Program-made: the position numbers and the translations under genes
Shown here: one piece after another, positions 28,101 through 41,600 of the stretch
Layout: every line of letters starts with the position of its first letter
Position numbering within the stretch: position 1 is the stretch's first letter
The notes under the pieces: model-generated
Database searches by the model: none
What the model saw: the letters and a program-made list of their open reading frames with translations, nothing else
Told to the model about the DNA's origin: nothing
From: Nemertoderma westbladi
Taxonomy: Eukaryota; Animalia; Xenacoelomorpha
Direction of reading: 5' to 3'
Assembly (NCBI GenBank): GCA_032718475.1
Contig: JAUCBJ010002763.1
Location: 1-64,000 of the forward strand
Length of the DNA stretch: 64,000 nucleotides

Positions 28101-29610
28101 AAAATCGCCCTTGCTTTGCAGGACATTGCTTTCGCCGTGAGGAACAGCCAGTGCATAATCTTGTACTTTGGCAGCCTCATGGAGTGAATAAGCATGGTGG
28201 ACAGCCCATGACTTTCTTGAGATGCATCTTAAAGGACACTGGCCTTGAAGATGCGGATGATCTAGCAAATGTCATGGGTGATAGGTGCAATGGCGCAATT
28301 TTGTCGACAAGCCAGCACAGCATTCTTAAAAATGCAGCTGCAATGCAGCATGCCGATCCTAGTAGTAGTAGTAGTAGTAAGGCACTTGCCATCAGCATGT
28401 GCATCTCTCACCAGTCATACACACATTTTGGACGCTTATTTTGGAGTAGCTGTATTTCTCAGTCCGCTTGCATAGTGGATATTATTATGTGACATGATAT
28501 TTTTACAATTAATGAGTTCTAAAACAAAATACAATGAACTTATCTAACAGATGGAAGAGGTCGAAGTGACGATATTCTATCCTGAAGGAAAGGATCGAAT
28601 TCATTGGTTGTTGGGTAGTTACCAGGTCCGAGAATCTGGTGAATACCATCAAAATCGTGTTCGTAAACTATCCAAGTGCCACACTCTATCTGGAATGTAA
28701 AATTATAAACATTATATCCAACATGTGTGTGTATCTATAGGGTAGGACAACCTGTGTATCTATGTTGTAGGGCAATGTTGTATAGTTGGTATCAGGAAGT
28801 CACTGTGGGAATTACTTACCTAATTCTCCCTAAATTTTGAAGTGCGGTGATATTGATATTATTTTAGAACGTTTTGTAACCTTTACATAATAATGTCAGA
28901 AATATTATTTCATAATTTTTGATTCTAATATCCAAATAATTGTCAAAGTTAAAAATCCTTTAGACAAAGCTAAGATTTTATTAAAACTTAGATCAATACA
29001 AACATTCAGGAAAATATAATTGAAAGGAATATCACATAAAAAATAATACTGTGAATTCTAACATAGTAAAACTCAACCTTAAAACAAAAATTCTGGACCA
29101 GTTTTATGTCAGACTGGATTGTAGTTTGGAAATTCTAGGTCAATAAATACCAATATTTTCTGCTGCAGAAAATTTTATATTCCATCTCAATATTAAAATT
29201 CACACGGCGGTGACAAACAACATAAAAATCAAGGTAAACTAAATATTGCACAGTACCATAATAAATGGGAAACCATTAATGTAAAAATTAGCATTGTTTG
29301 TCGTTTAATTGTTAGATTGCGTTTAGTTCAAGTAGAATTAGGAACAATTAGGAATCAGTATCCGATCTTGTTTATCAGTAAATGTTATACCTATCAATTC
29401 AAATGTTTTTTTTAAGAGTTCAGCATGTTCGTAGGCCAAAAATTCCCGATTTACAGTTCCTCACCTCCTGTAGTAAGTCCTAAATGAGTATTTGACCATC
29501 GATCCAGTGTGTTTTTCCTGTATTGATGATGAGTTCAATGTCACTCAGGTTGGCTTTCACAAGTCCAGCAAGAGTTTCTATGTCATGAGAATTTGGTCAT
29601 GAGAAAAATG

Positions 29611-29646
<36 letters not shown>

Positions 29647-32600
29647 ATTCATATTCAAACTGCATTGTGTAATCATTAGCAATAATTGCACAAAAACAGG
29701 CAGTTACACAAGGTAACTGGTAATAATGAATATACGTCAGACTGGCCCGCCCAGACATTTAATGTTGGGTTCTACAGTATGTATATAAACTTACTCTAAT
29801 CCCTAATGAATTACTACACCCCTAGCTAGATATTGCACAAATTATATTATAATATATGAATCACTGAGTGTACACAATTTACGAGATGCTATGAAAAAAA
29901 GGTAATTGTTTTTTGCGTTATGTTGTATCATCCCGGTGGTACTGAGTTAGGTAATGTTTTTTTAGGGTTGCATTAAATTCTTTCAAGTGTTGGTATTGGG
30001 AAGTTACTGCCTGTGGTAGTTCATTCCACATTTGTATTAATTTATATGTTAATGATGTATGACCGTAATAATTTTTAGTTTTTGGCATTTTGATTTTAAA
30101 TGTTCGTGGGTTTATTTGTTTGTTTTCATTTTTTAAGAATGGTAGGTCGAGATGTTTGAATGGTTCTGCTATTCCTAGTAAATATTTGTGTAAAAAGGTG
30201 ATGCCGTAGTATTCGCGAGATGCATAAAGAGTTGGAATTTTAGCTTTTGTGCGAAGTTCGGTAGCAGAACAATCTTTTGGTTTTTTGCTAAATATGCAAC
30301 GTAGTGCTAAGTTCTGCATTTTTTCCAAACGGTACAGTATTTTTTTGTGTCCATATTCGTTGTGCAAAGATAACAGCAGCTGGCAACAATAATTATGGTA
30401 TGGTAAAACCAATGCTTTATATAAAGTAATTTTCGTTTTTAGTGGTAATTGCCCTTTAATTTTTCTTAGACCCGAAATTGCCATACCCATTTTACTAATA
30501 ACTGAATCAATCTGCTCTTTCCATTCTAGTTTATTGTCTATTTTTATACCTAAATATCGTACGCTAGTCGATTGTTCTATTATACATTCTTCGTTTAATT
30601 TAATTTTTATTTGTGGAATATTATTGTCTATATTTTTATGTGGATGTAGAAGTAAAAGTTCTGTTTTATCTGGATTAACTTGAAGACTGTATGCCTGGAA
30701 AATGTTTGAAAAATATGAGATATCCATATTCCATTAAGTAGCAACCCAGCTTGTATTTGTTAAGATCATACTGGATGTGGTTAGTGAAGAAGTTTAACAA
30801 ACTGGGACTCAAAAAGGATCCTTGTTTTAATCCAATTGTAGTTGGTATCCCCACTGTCAAGTTTTAAGCTTTTCTCAACAAAACATCCAGAAATGCCGTT
30901 TAATATCAAGAGACAGGTGATTGATGCAGCCCTTATATCCAGTATATTGTACTTATGCGAGTCATGGTTTAATGCTAACTTGAAACCTGCAAACCGAAAC
31001 AGCTGTTAGGGGTTTGCACTACAACACCAAACCTTCTGTGCCTTTTAGAGCTTGGTCTACCACCACTATCTCACGTGGTCAGACAGAGACAGAAATCTCT
31101 ATAAAGAAAGAACTTGAACTCAATGCTCACAAGTGACACTCCCACACAGAGGGTTCTGGACCTATGATCAGAAAGTGTTTCTGCATGTTTTCGGTACATA
31201 AAGATGCTGAAGCAGGAAAATTTTGCAATGAGCGGCTTGGAACTAATTAGTAGCTCTATTAGGAGACAAAGAATCTGCAACTAAAATGTGTAATTACCTC
31301 GAAGTTAATCCCTTCGAACAACACAGGATAGCAACACAGTCTTCGAACAGCACAGGATAGGAACACATTCTTCGAAAAACACAGGGTAGCAACACATTCT
31401 TCGAACAACACAGGGTAGCTTGGACCATGCTTAGAGTGGGAGGCCATTCACTCCCGATTGAGAAAATGACCTGAGACAAACTACCGAAGGATTTGTGTTT
31501 CTGTTGGTGTGGCGTTAATGCCACACTGATGCACATACCTTACTTTTGTGCACTCCTGTGAGAGATGAGAGAGAAATTTCTGCATTCCACGCCAAAAAAT
31601 GTAATGGGATCCATGATCCATTTGATAAATTGATACATATATTTTCTACTCGCATATTCTTGGCCCCCTTGAATATTCTGGTGGTGATTCTGCCTATGTT
31701 TATGTTCCTGGATTTCAGGAATTTTTCAAAATCCTCATCTGAATTATATTTGTCAATTCCTTGAACAAACATCGCCCTGAAATTTAACCTATTGGATCCC
31801 CTGAGTTCACTTCCATGTTTGTTTCTGTGTTGGTTAGGTTTATGTAGAGTCTCTATGTCAGTCGTGCTGGTCAGAGTTCCAGAGCATGCCCAGAAGGTGA
31901 ATTAATCACGCTATTAAGGCAATAATACATTTGAATGTATATTACAGGACCTTGGAACTTATCCATAAACAAAACAAAATTCATTATCAAAATCTGTCAC
32001 ACACATCGTCAGGGCAACACACTTGTTGCTCCAACATTACTACAACCAGTACCAAATTTTCTATAAACTGATTAAGGTTAGATAATATATATATAGTTTG
32101 ATATAGATATGATATAGTTGTTCTGCAGAATAGGCAGAACGTTCTTAATTAATATAAAGTTACAATGTAAGACATGTGAAATATAATAAATTACTTACTT
32201 TGATGCTTGAAGTCTTTTCATTAAGATTTCCCAGAGATTCTGATTTGCTCGCCATTAGAAATTCCTTCGATTCGCCTTGATAATTTGAATCACTGAATAG
32301 TGTAATTTTATGACAATCCTAAAATATAAATTATTTTACTGTTGATAGTGTACGTAGTTCTAGTTATATTGTATATATGAAGATGCAATCCCGCTTTGAA
32401 TCACTTCAACAAACATACAAAAATTACAGTCTAGAGGTTTTCAACCCTTAAAAACATGATATAAACTGTACTGTATATTATCTAGGTTTTCTTGATCCAT
32501 GACTCAGTATTCAAATTTGGCATATACTTTTCTGTTAGTATGCATGTCAGTTTGTCCGTAACCGCCAGCCTGACAGTTAAACAGACAATTTGGAAGTTAT

Positions 32601-35600
32601 CAAATGTTAAATAGCACAAATTTGATAATCAAATATCATTGCCAAATCAACCTGGTTTTATGACATTAATGTACCACATTTCTTGGATTCTGATCACGAA
32701 TATGAAACTCGAAAATATCGAATTATCCAACCAAATTTTATGCTCTGTTTATGTTTCGCCAAACTCGATCGACCGGACAAACCCCAAAAATGATTGTTGG
32801 GTTACCACGAATGATTTTTAACGAGTTATATCGTTATCAGCGGCTTTGAACACCAGTATAGCTTCAGATTTACCAAATCATAGGCAAAATTTAATGGTTT
32901 AAAATTTTTGCTATTTGTACTTTTCTTTCTTGGGCACAAGAATGGCACCAAAAATGATGTTTGTTTTTCAAGAAATTTCTAGTTTCATCTAGTTTCATCA
33001 TAATCAGGGATCCCGAAAACCCGTATACCTTCAGAATTATCAAACCAAACACAAATTTTCTTAGTTTGACAATGTTTTATTTGTACTTTTCTTCCTGGTG
33101 GACCATAAAAGCACTGAAAATTAAGCTTGCATTGCCAGAAAATATTTTTAATAAGTTTTATCATGATCAGCAACCTCTGAAACCCTTATATGATCAAAAT
33201 TGAAATTTTTGAACCAAGATCTAAAAAATAAATAAAATGAGCCTACCCCCCCCCACCACCAGGCCAATTAAGTAGTAAAATAGCCTGGGCCAAATAGGGA
33301 TAAATGTACCGGTAACTGAGGATTGCGGTGGTAACTGAATATGAAACTCTTAATTCCGCATCAAACATATAGTAGAGTAAAGTAAAATAAATTATCAGTT
33401 CATCAAATCATTAAAGAACACTATATTCCATATTTAATAATAATAATTCCCCTAAATAATATCAGTTCCTCAGTATATTGAAGTCGTAATATCAATTTAT
33501 CTCAGCATATCTATTATGTATCAATAACCTTCTTTGTCTATTAAATCCAAGAGAGTAAGAAGCGAACAATGTGAAGGTGGTCTCTCATTGTCTTACTTGA
33601 GATCCTCTAAAGGGGCTGATATGTCCTCGACAGATTCCCGCTGGTTAAATAGGCAGGAGAATAACACTAACGTGATGGTTCTTAAGGAATAACCAGCCCC
33701 TCCAACCCCACTGCCACCAGTAGCTTCATCTCTATATCAGATAAAGAACTAATTTAAATATCATTCATGAATTACGATTGAGGATGGAAGGTATATTCTT
33801 TTAACTGGCGGTCTTCGAGGAGCTTGAGGTAATCTGTTCACTGAACTCTGAACAGATTCCGGGTGAATCGTTTTTGTTTAACAGGGTCTTTTGATAAAGA
33901 TGGCCGCCGGGGTTACCACCCGTCGAAATGTACAAATGTTAGTGGAAGGCCATGGTGTCAACTGTATTGTAGAAGAGTCCTGACGAGTCGAATTAAGTGC
34001 CACTGTAGCCTGTAGCTCGAGTTGCATCCATACACATGCACAGAACTTTCATACAGTAACTGCTAACTGCGCATACAGATACTATGTCTATGTCCAAACC
34101 AAGATTAGGCCACCCTCCTAGCTGGGCTGCCAGGCCATGGTAGAGGTGTTAATAACTAGGCAAATAAACACAGGTACGGATGTAATCATGTACTGCAGTA
34201 ATGATAAGGCATTATTGAGGTGCCTAATAGCATACAGTCATTATAGGACCAGTAGCGCAGTGCAGAGAGCAGTGCACAACTGCAAATATGGAATAATACA
34301 TTGCATTACCGGACCAGTACTGTAGTACTGAAATAGAAAGAATGGAAATTTTGCTTCTAATCTTGCTTTCGATTGGGTGGGTACAAAACAAAGACCAAAC
34401 ACCATCTGTACAAAACAAAGAGGTAAAGTCGCATTAGGTCGCAAAAGAACGTTGGGTCCCATTACCATTTTAGAGGAGCATGTTACAGCAGCGTATTAGG
34501 GGAACCAAAACAATAAACGAAAGTTAACACATGTGATTTGTACAGGTCTTGAGTTTTTGGGTTTTGTTTTATATTCACCTCTTTCGATTACTAATAATGA
34601 ACAAATCATTTTACTAATAATTTTCAGCAATTTTATCAATTCCGAAAGGTGTGCCAAGAACTCCTCATTTGTCTGAATTTTTATTTGTTTTAATCTGAAA
34701 GAGGACATAATTATAGTTAGTTAATTGTAATTATAGTTCTCATTTTTTCCATTTCTCGACAAAACCATAATATTACATCTTTAATTAAAGTTGCTTTAAC
34801 AGCTCAACTCCAATTTATTTATTTAATATCACCTGGCAGCAATACTCGAGCTGAATATTTATTTATTAGTACTTTCTTCCAGTTTCACTCTAACATACTT
34901 GAGGCCAGTAGGTCCGCTGTTGGAGATAGAATATTTGCAACTTAAGACTGCCTATTCAATAGAAGTGGATTAGGTGGGATAGTGAATGTCAGGGACTAGT
35001 GGCTGAACTGGTTAGTGCTACTGATGAGGCCTGATAGGCTAAAACGTATGTATAGCGCTGGTTCAACCCCCGGTGACGCGCTTTCTCTTTTTTTTCAATT
35101 TCTGGACAAAACCATAATAATACATCTTTAATTACAGTTGCATTAACAGTTCAACTCCAATTTATTTATTTAAAATCACCTGGCAGCAATACTCGAGCTG
35201 AATATTTATTTATTTGTACTTTCCTCCTGTTTCACTCTAACATACTTTAGGCCAGTAGGTCCGCTGTTAGAGAAAGGATATGCAACTTAAGACTGCCTGT
35301 TCAATAGAAGTGGATTAGGTGGGATAGTGAATGTCAGGGACTAGTGGCTGAACTGGTTAGTGCTACTGATGAGGCCTGATAGGCTGAAACGTACGTATAG
35401 CGCTGGTTCAACCCCCAGTGACGCGCTTTCTCTTTTTTTTCAATTTCTGGACAAAACCATAATAATACATCTTTAATTACAGTTGCATTAACTGTTCAAC
35501 TCCAATTTATTTATTTAAAATCACCTGGCAGCAATACTCGAGCTGAATATTTATTTATTTGTACTTTCCTCCTATTTCACTCTAACATACTTTAGGCCGG

Positions 35601-38600
35601 TAGGTCCGCTGTTAGAGATAGGATATGCAACTTAAGACTGCCTGTTCAATAGAAGTGGATTAGGTGGGATAGTGAATGTCAGGGACTAGTGGCTGAACTG
35701 GTTAGCGCTACTGATGAGGCCTGAAGTACGTATAGCGCTGGTTCAACCCCCGGTGACACGCTTTCTCATTTTCTCCATTTCTGGACAAAACCATAATATT
35801 ATATATATCTCTTTAATCATACTATTACTTAGCTACTTTATGCATTACCAAAATGTTCCAGAATATGGTGTAAATTTATTAAATAGAATAAAATTGCCTC
35901 ACTCATATGCAAAATTATGCAAGTTTTAAACGCTCATATCTCTGCTATTTTTTAAGATGAAATTTAGATTATGTTACATATTTGGAATCTTTGCACAGCC
36001 AGCTTTTTAATAATACCAACAAATTACTATAAGGGTAAGAATAACTGCGGTGTGAATGGTAACGCTGGTGACACTTTTTTTAAACGCTTGTAGCTAAAGA
36101 ATGAAAGCGGAAATAAAAATTTTGGCTCACCATGCAAGGAGAAGGGAGGTGAAACTATCTCTGTTTCAAATTTCATGCAATTTCATTAAGAGTTGTAGAA
36201 AAATTTAGGGGGTATACCTGTGTATATATAATTACAAACATGCTTCCATAATTGTAATAAATATCAAAATCCAGTATATGTATTATGTAATGTAGCTTAT
36301 TTTGCTTTATTGAATTCAAATATCAACTTACATTTGAGTCCTGATCGTTAACAAGTTTCACAGATGATATTTTATCCACCAAGAAATTCCCCAAGTTGCC
36401 ATGGTGGGAATATTTACCCACAGAAATAGTTTTCTGGACACCGCCGTAGTCAGGATATCTGTGAAATAATATCAAAAATTATTTAAACTATTTTTTGAGT
36501 GGATTGGTGCATGTTATTAAATTTAAATTAAATTTATATCTTTCAATTGCGGGAGTAAACTGCTTGTGGTTGCAACTCCTACAAGCGTCTTCGCAGTAGG
36601 CCACCGTTGCATTGGTTGATTACCTTCCACCAACCTTGTCTGCATGGTAAGCCATTGGTTAATTACCTTCCGCCTGTTCATGGCCTACTGCCCTGCTGCC
36701 AACTGTAGGGGTCCTTTAGTTACAACCTGAACCAATTGTGCCTCCTAGGTAGCGTATTAGTTCTTCTATAGGTAGCATCTGCCTCCTGCAAGACGCCACT
36801 TATAGAAACAGGGGACTTCACTCACACCCGCCAAACTCCAAAGAAGCATTAAAAGCATGAGCTGCTGTAGACTGATCGAGGGCAGCGACAACATAGAAAT
36901 ATTTCGTTGAGTCATTGGAGATCCTGCGAATGGCGAACTGGGCCTCCACCTGAGTAAACCAAACCGCAGCGTTATTCACCCAAAACCGAGGTAATTTGAG
37001 GGAAACTGCATTGACGTCGGTGTTGTGTTCCTCGGCCATCGCGATAGCTCACTCGCTAAATACACAACATGCGGTTGTGTACGTCTGGGTCACCAATGAA
37101 GCGGTATATCTCCGCTTCCCATTGTAATATAACAAATAGTTTTAATATATTATAATAATCAAGTAGCCTGTTAAACTGCAGTACCGGTGGCACTGCAGGA
37201 GAGTCAGGCAGTAACAGACAAAAAGTCGTACCTGTACAGCGGTATGGCAGGACAGCATTGACAAGTCGAAACTGAAAGTATATTGGTCAAATATATGAAG
37301 TTTTAACGGTATTTAGTTTTTCTTTCGAAGTTAAGTAGCCAACCACTACAAGTGTAAATATATGATAAAATATGATATTTAAAAATCACCACAAAATCAA
37401 GTCAATTTTATCACCATATAGGTTTTTTAGGATTCTGATCACGAATATGACACTGAAATATGTCGTAAATTGTTGTTTAGGGCATTTTTGGATATGTGTC
37501 AATATGCGGCACAAAAAATACAAGTACACAGATTTTATAATCAAAAATCATCACCAAATGAACCTGATTGTTAGATATTATGGGTTTTCTGGGACACTGA
37601 TCACGAATATTACACTTAAAAATATCGTATTATCCAACCACATTCGATTTTTGAAGTTTGAAATTTAAAGCTACTTGCATTTTTCGTCCCACCAGATAAG
37701 CACCAAAAATGATAGTTGTATGACCACATATGATTTTTAACAAGTTGTATCGTGATTAGCGACCTTGAAAACCAGTATAGCTTCGGAATTACCACACCAA
37801 AGGCAAAATTTGTCAGTTTATAATTTTGTGCTACGTGTACTTTTCGTTCTGCGGGCACCAGAATGGCACCAAAATTAGGTTTGCATTACCGGAAATATTT
37901 ATAACTTGTGTCATCGTGATCAGCGACCTAGAATACCCGTATACATTCAGAATTATCAAACCATACACAAAATTTCTTAGTTTGACATTTTTTACTTGTA
38001 TTTTTCATCCGTGGGGTCCAAAATAGCACCAAAAATGACCTCGAAAACCCTTATACCATCAAAATTATAATTGTTGAGCCAAGACCTAAAAAATTTCTAA
38101 AATGACCCCCCCCCCCCCCCCCCATGCCAATTACATAGTAAAATAGCCGGGCCAGATAGGGTTAACCGTTTAACGCGTATGGCCCAATAAAAAAACTTTA
38201 CTTTTACACTTTTGCAAATAAAAGTGTTTGTTCAGAAGTTACAGCTATGTTCCATTTAAGGTGCGTTGGGCATTAGAGCACATATTTTTTTCTAAATTTT
38301 TTGGAAAGGCATTCTCCACCTTTCCCACAAACCTCTATACTTTATAACACAAACTTTATAAGTTCTTAGATAAATTATATAGGACCCCATTCATTGTTCA
38401 GCAAGCTACTGCAGTTAGTTAGGCTATTCAGCTACAGTATGGATAAGCAGGTCATCGGCTTACTGATATAAACTAACTGGAAAAAAGTTACTGTTGTTAA
38501 GATAGGTTCCGGTAGCCGTTTATCAGATGATGTATACCGGGATGTTCTGTCAGATTTACTTTCGGTTTATCGAGTTTCGTTTATAGGCCTATAGGTATAG

Positions 38601-41600
38601 TATATAATGCGTAATGCCTTACCTCTAGAGTGGGCCTACACGTGCAATGTACACATACTACATAGACTAGGCCTATCAAGTTATCGACTATTGTATCAAG
38701 AAGTACATTGTGCACAAAAGTACTGTGCAAAGTACTGCTGTTCCGATATACTGATGCTGATCCTTAGGCCGCGTTCACACTACCGAGTCAAAGTCAAAGT
38801 CAAAAGACAAAATGTAAAAAAAATAACAAGAAATTAATTTTTTTCTAGAACGCCATTATGTATTATATTAGGCCTATATAATGTATTATTATTTATTATT
38901 GCTAGCTAGCTATATTTATTTTCTTTTGACTTTGACTGGTTAGTGTGAACGCGGCCTTATACTGTTATGGGACGGATCAATAAAGGTCCGTGCTATAATT
39001 GCATGCCTGCCAGACCTGCCGGACTCACAGATAGAAACTGCCCTCCTCTGCTCCTGCTTGCCCGAAGGTCGTCTTCGCCCTGCGCTGTTGCCCTCCATCT
39101 CTGGTAGTGCAGTATTCTTTGGAATTCGACCTCATCATGCGTGACTCCTTGTCTGACCTGGTCGGAGGTTCGCTCTCCGACTGGTCATACAATAAGGCCA
39201 TGCCTTCCAACCGCTATGGGAGGTCTAGGCCTGCGCAAGGCAACTGACCATGCACCAGCTGCATATGTAGAGTAGACTCCGTTTGCCAGGCTGGACCCCT
39301 TGTTTCCCTCATCCTTGGCCACCAACCAGCCAACCCACACCTTGATCCTGCCCTAACCTCCCTGTCCACATCTGCAGAGGAAACCGAGAGGATATCAACC
39401 TCCGCTCTTCCTGTCCCCACCACCCAGCACACCTGGACATGCCCTCACTGAACCCGGGAGCGTAAGATCGTGGCCCACGCCGAGGAGTGTCACAGCTCCG
39501 GGGTCGGGTTCACCCCATTCGTTTCTGCTGTCTCTTCGTTTGTCCTTTCTTATATATGTATATAATCTTATTAATTAATAAAAATTATTGTTACATTGAA
39601 AAAAACAATAGTAATACGAACTAGCTAAAAAAATATACTGCTCTACACTGTGTTCTGTTGTACCTAGGCCTTGACTGTACCTACAGTATAGACCTATGCA
39701 ATGTACTGTACAGTACACTCGACAATCGAGTTATGTTCTTCACATTTCCACTGGTCATTTGGACAACTTGTAGACATTTTTTAAAAGTTGATCAAAATCA
39801 GGTCAAGAAAATGCAATTTATTCGAGTCAGGTCTAGAATGTGGACTGTATGACAGCTAAACGAGGTAAAATGATGCGTAATAGCAACATAATTGTACAGT
39901 AAATGTAACTGTTAGTAAATGAAGCAATTTTCAAAAAAAATGTAAAAAAATGTGTTTGAAGTCCCAACGCACCTTAAATGGAACATTTCACTTTGCTGCT
40001 GTATTAAACATTGTTAAATAAAAATTTGAAAGCTAATACTGATAAAAATGATTAACATAGCATTCAGGCCAACAGGAAAGCTAATTTTCGAAAAATTTTG
40101 ACCACCTCACATCTCATAATTTTAAGATTCAAAAAGGCACCTAAATTTTTCAAAAATGGCACTTTTCAACAGGCAATTTCCAGTTTTGAAATTGATAAAA
40201 TTTGGTCAAGTAAGGTGTCATTATGTGAGGAAACATGTAATTTACTCATATCAAAAAAAAATCCCGTTTTTTTCAAAGCAGCAGCCGCCCATGTCTCTCC
40301 ATATACCATGTCCCATTTAAGGTGCAATGGGCGTTAAACGGTTTTAATGTTAATGGAAACTTGACAACAATTGATAATAATCAACTCTTTTCTTAGGAAG
40401 GTTTATGAAAGTGGGAAGTGTATGGGTGACATAAATTTTGACTGGAATTGTTTCTATAGTTGACCATTCACATGATTCTTTAAATAAATTTTTTGTTCAA
40501 ATTTAAATGTGTTTCGATACATACATTTATATAAGTGCAACTAACTCGGCTATTAACCATGTCCCTGAACTAATTATTGCAGAAGAGATCCTATCATGGA
40601 ATTCGAAATCATGGAGATTGGGTTCGCTGTGATCCAAAGTAATAGAACCCCCACAGAAGTTGGGATCATCAAACAGCGCTATATAAGAACCAGTACCATC
40701 TAGTGCGGTCAATGCCCTCACGCTATGCAATTATTAATAAAAATAATAATATTAATTATAATACAATGGGTTACATTATATAAATGGGTTACATTATATA
40801 AATATATTAAATTTTTATTTCATTTCAACCACTTACAAGAGCCAAATTAGCAAAAAAGTCAGACATTTTAAACCTATTTCAATGTGTTCAATATTTCCCT
40901 GGTACTCCTTTTTTCATAGTGATTAAATAGTATTTTATCTTATAATTTGTTAATAATATAATATAATGTAATATATGGCTAAGAAATGATATGTTTCATA
41001 TTAAATAAATTAAATATATACACAATAAAATACATCATATTATTTAAAATCGAGAACCAAATCAAACAAAAATTTCCAAAATCATGTATCTGGTAGTGGC
41101 GGTTTTTCTATAAAATACAGCCGTAGGGCTGTACACAGGTTGGAAACCTTGGGTATCCTGGTGCAATTTCTATAATGACTTGTTTCTGTAACAGCGCCTT
41201 TGGACTTCCAGCAACGACAACCACACAGTCCTCCACTACTGGTCTCCAATTATTAGCGATCCTGCATCTCTGTTGGTGGTAACCGTTTGAGACTAATTGG
41301 CCCCCAGAACGGAACGGCGGCGCACACCAGTATGCTGTGTCAGGCCTATGGGCCCATTATTACCGGGATATCAACGGCCAATAGGATTGCAGTGGCAGAA
41401 CTGTTTGGAGAAGCAACACCAAAGTTTCCAATAGAAGGCACGAGCCCTCCTAATGTGGTCTAGTTGGGATATCTCAACTTTTTGCAGTAAATTATTGATT
41501 GTAATAGAACATTGGCAGGTTAATTCTTGCTGGAAAGTGCGATCTAACAGGTCAGCTGCTAACCTTGAAATAGTATTATCCCGAGGACCACTTGTACCCC

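Noticed and set aside
38963-39595. Solo LTR (TGTTA...TTACA), and similarly 23535-23782
   Set aside because: No target-site duplication or second copy supports the boundaries.
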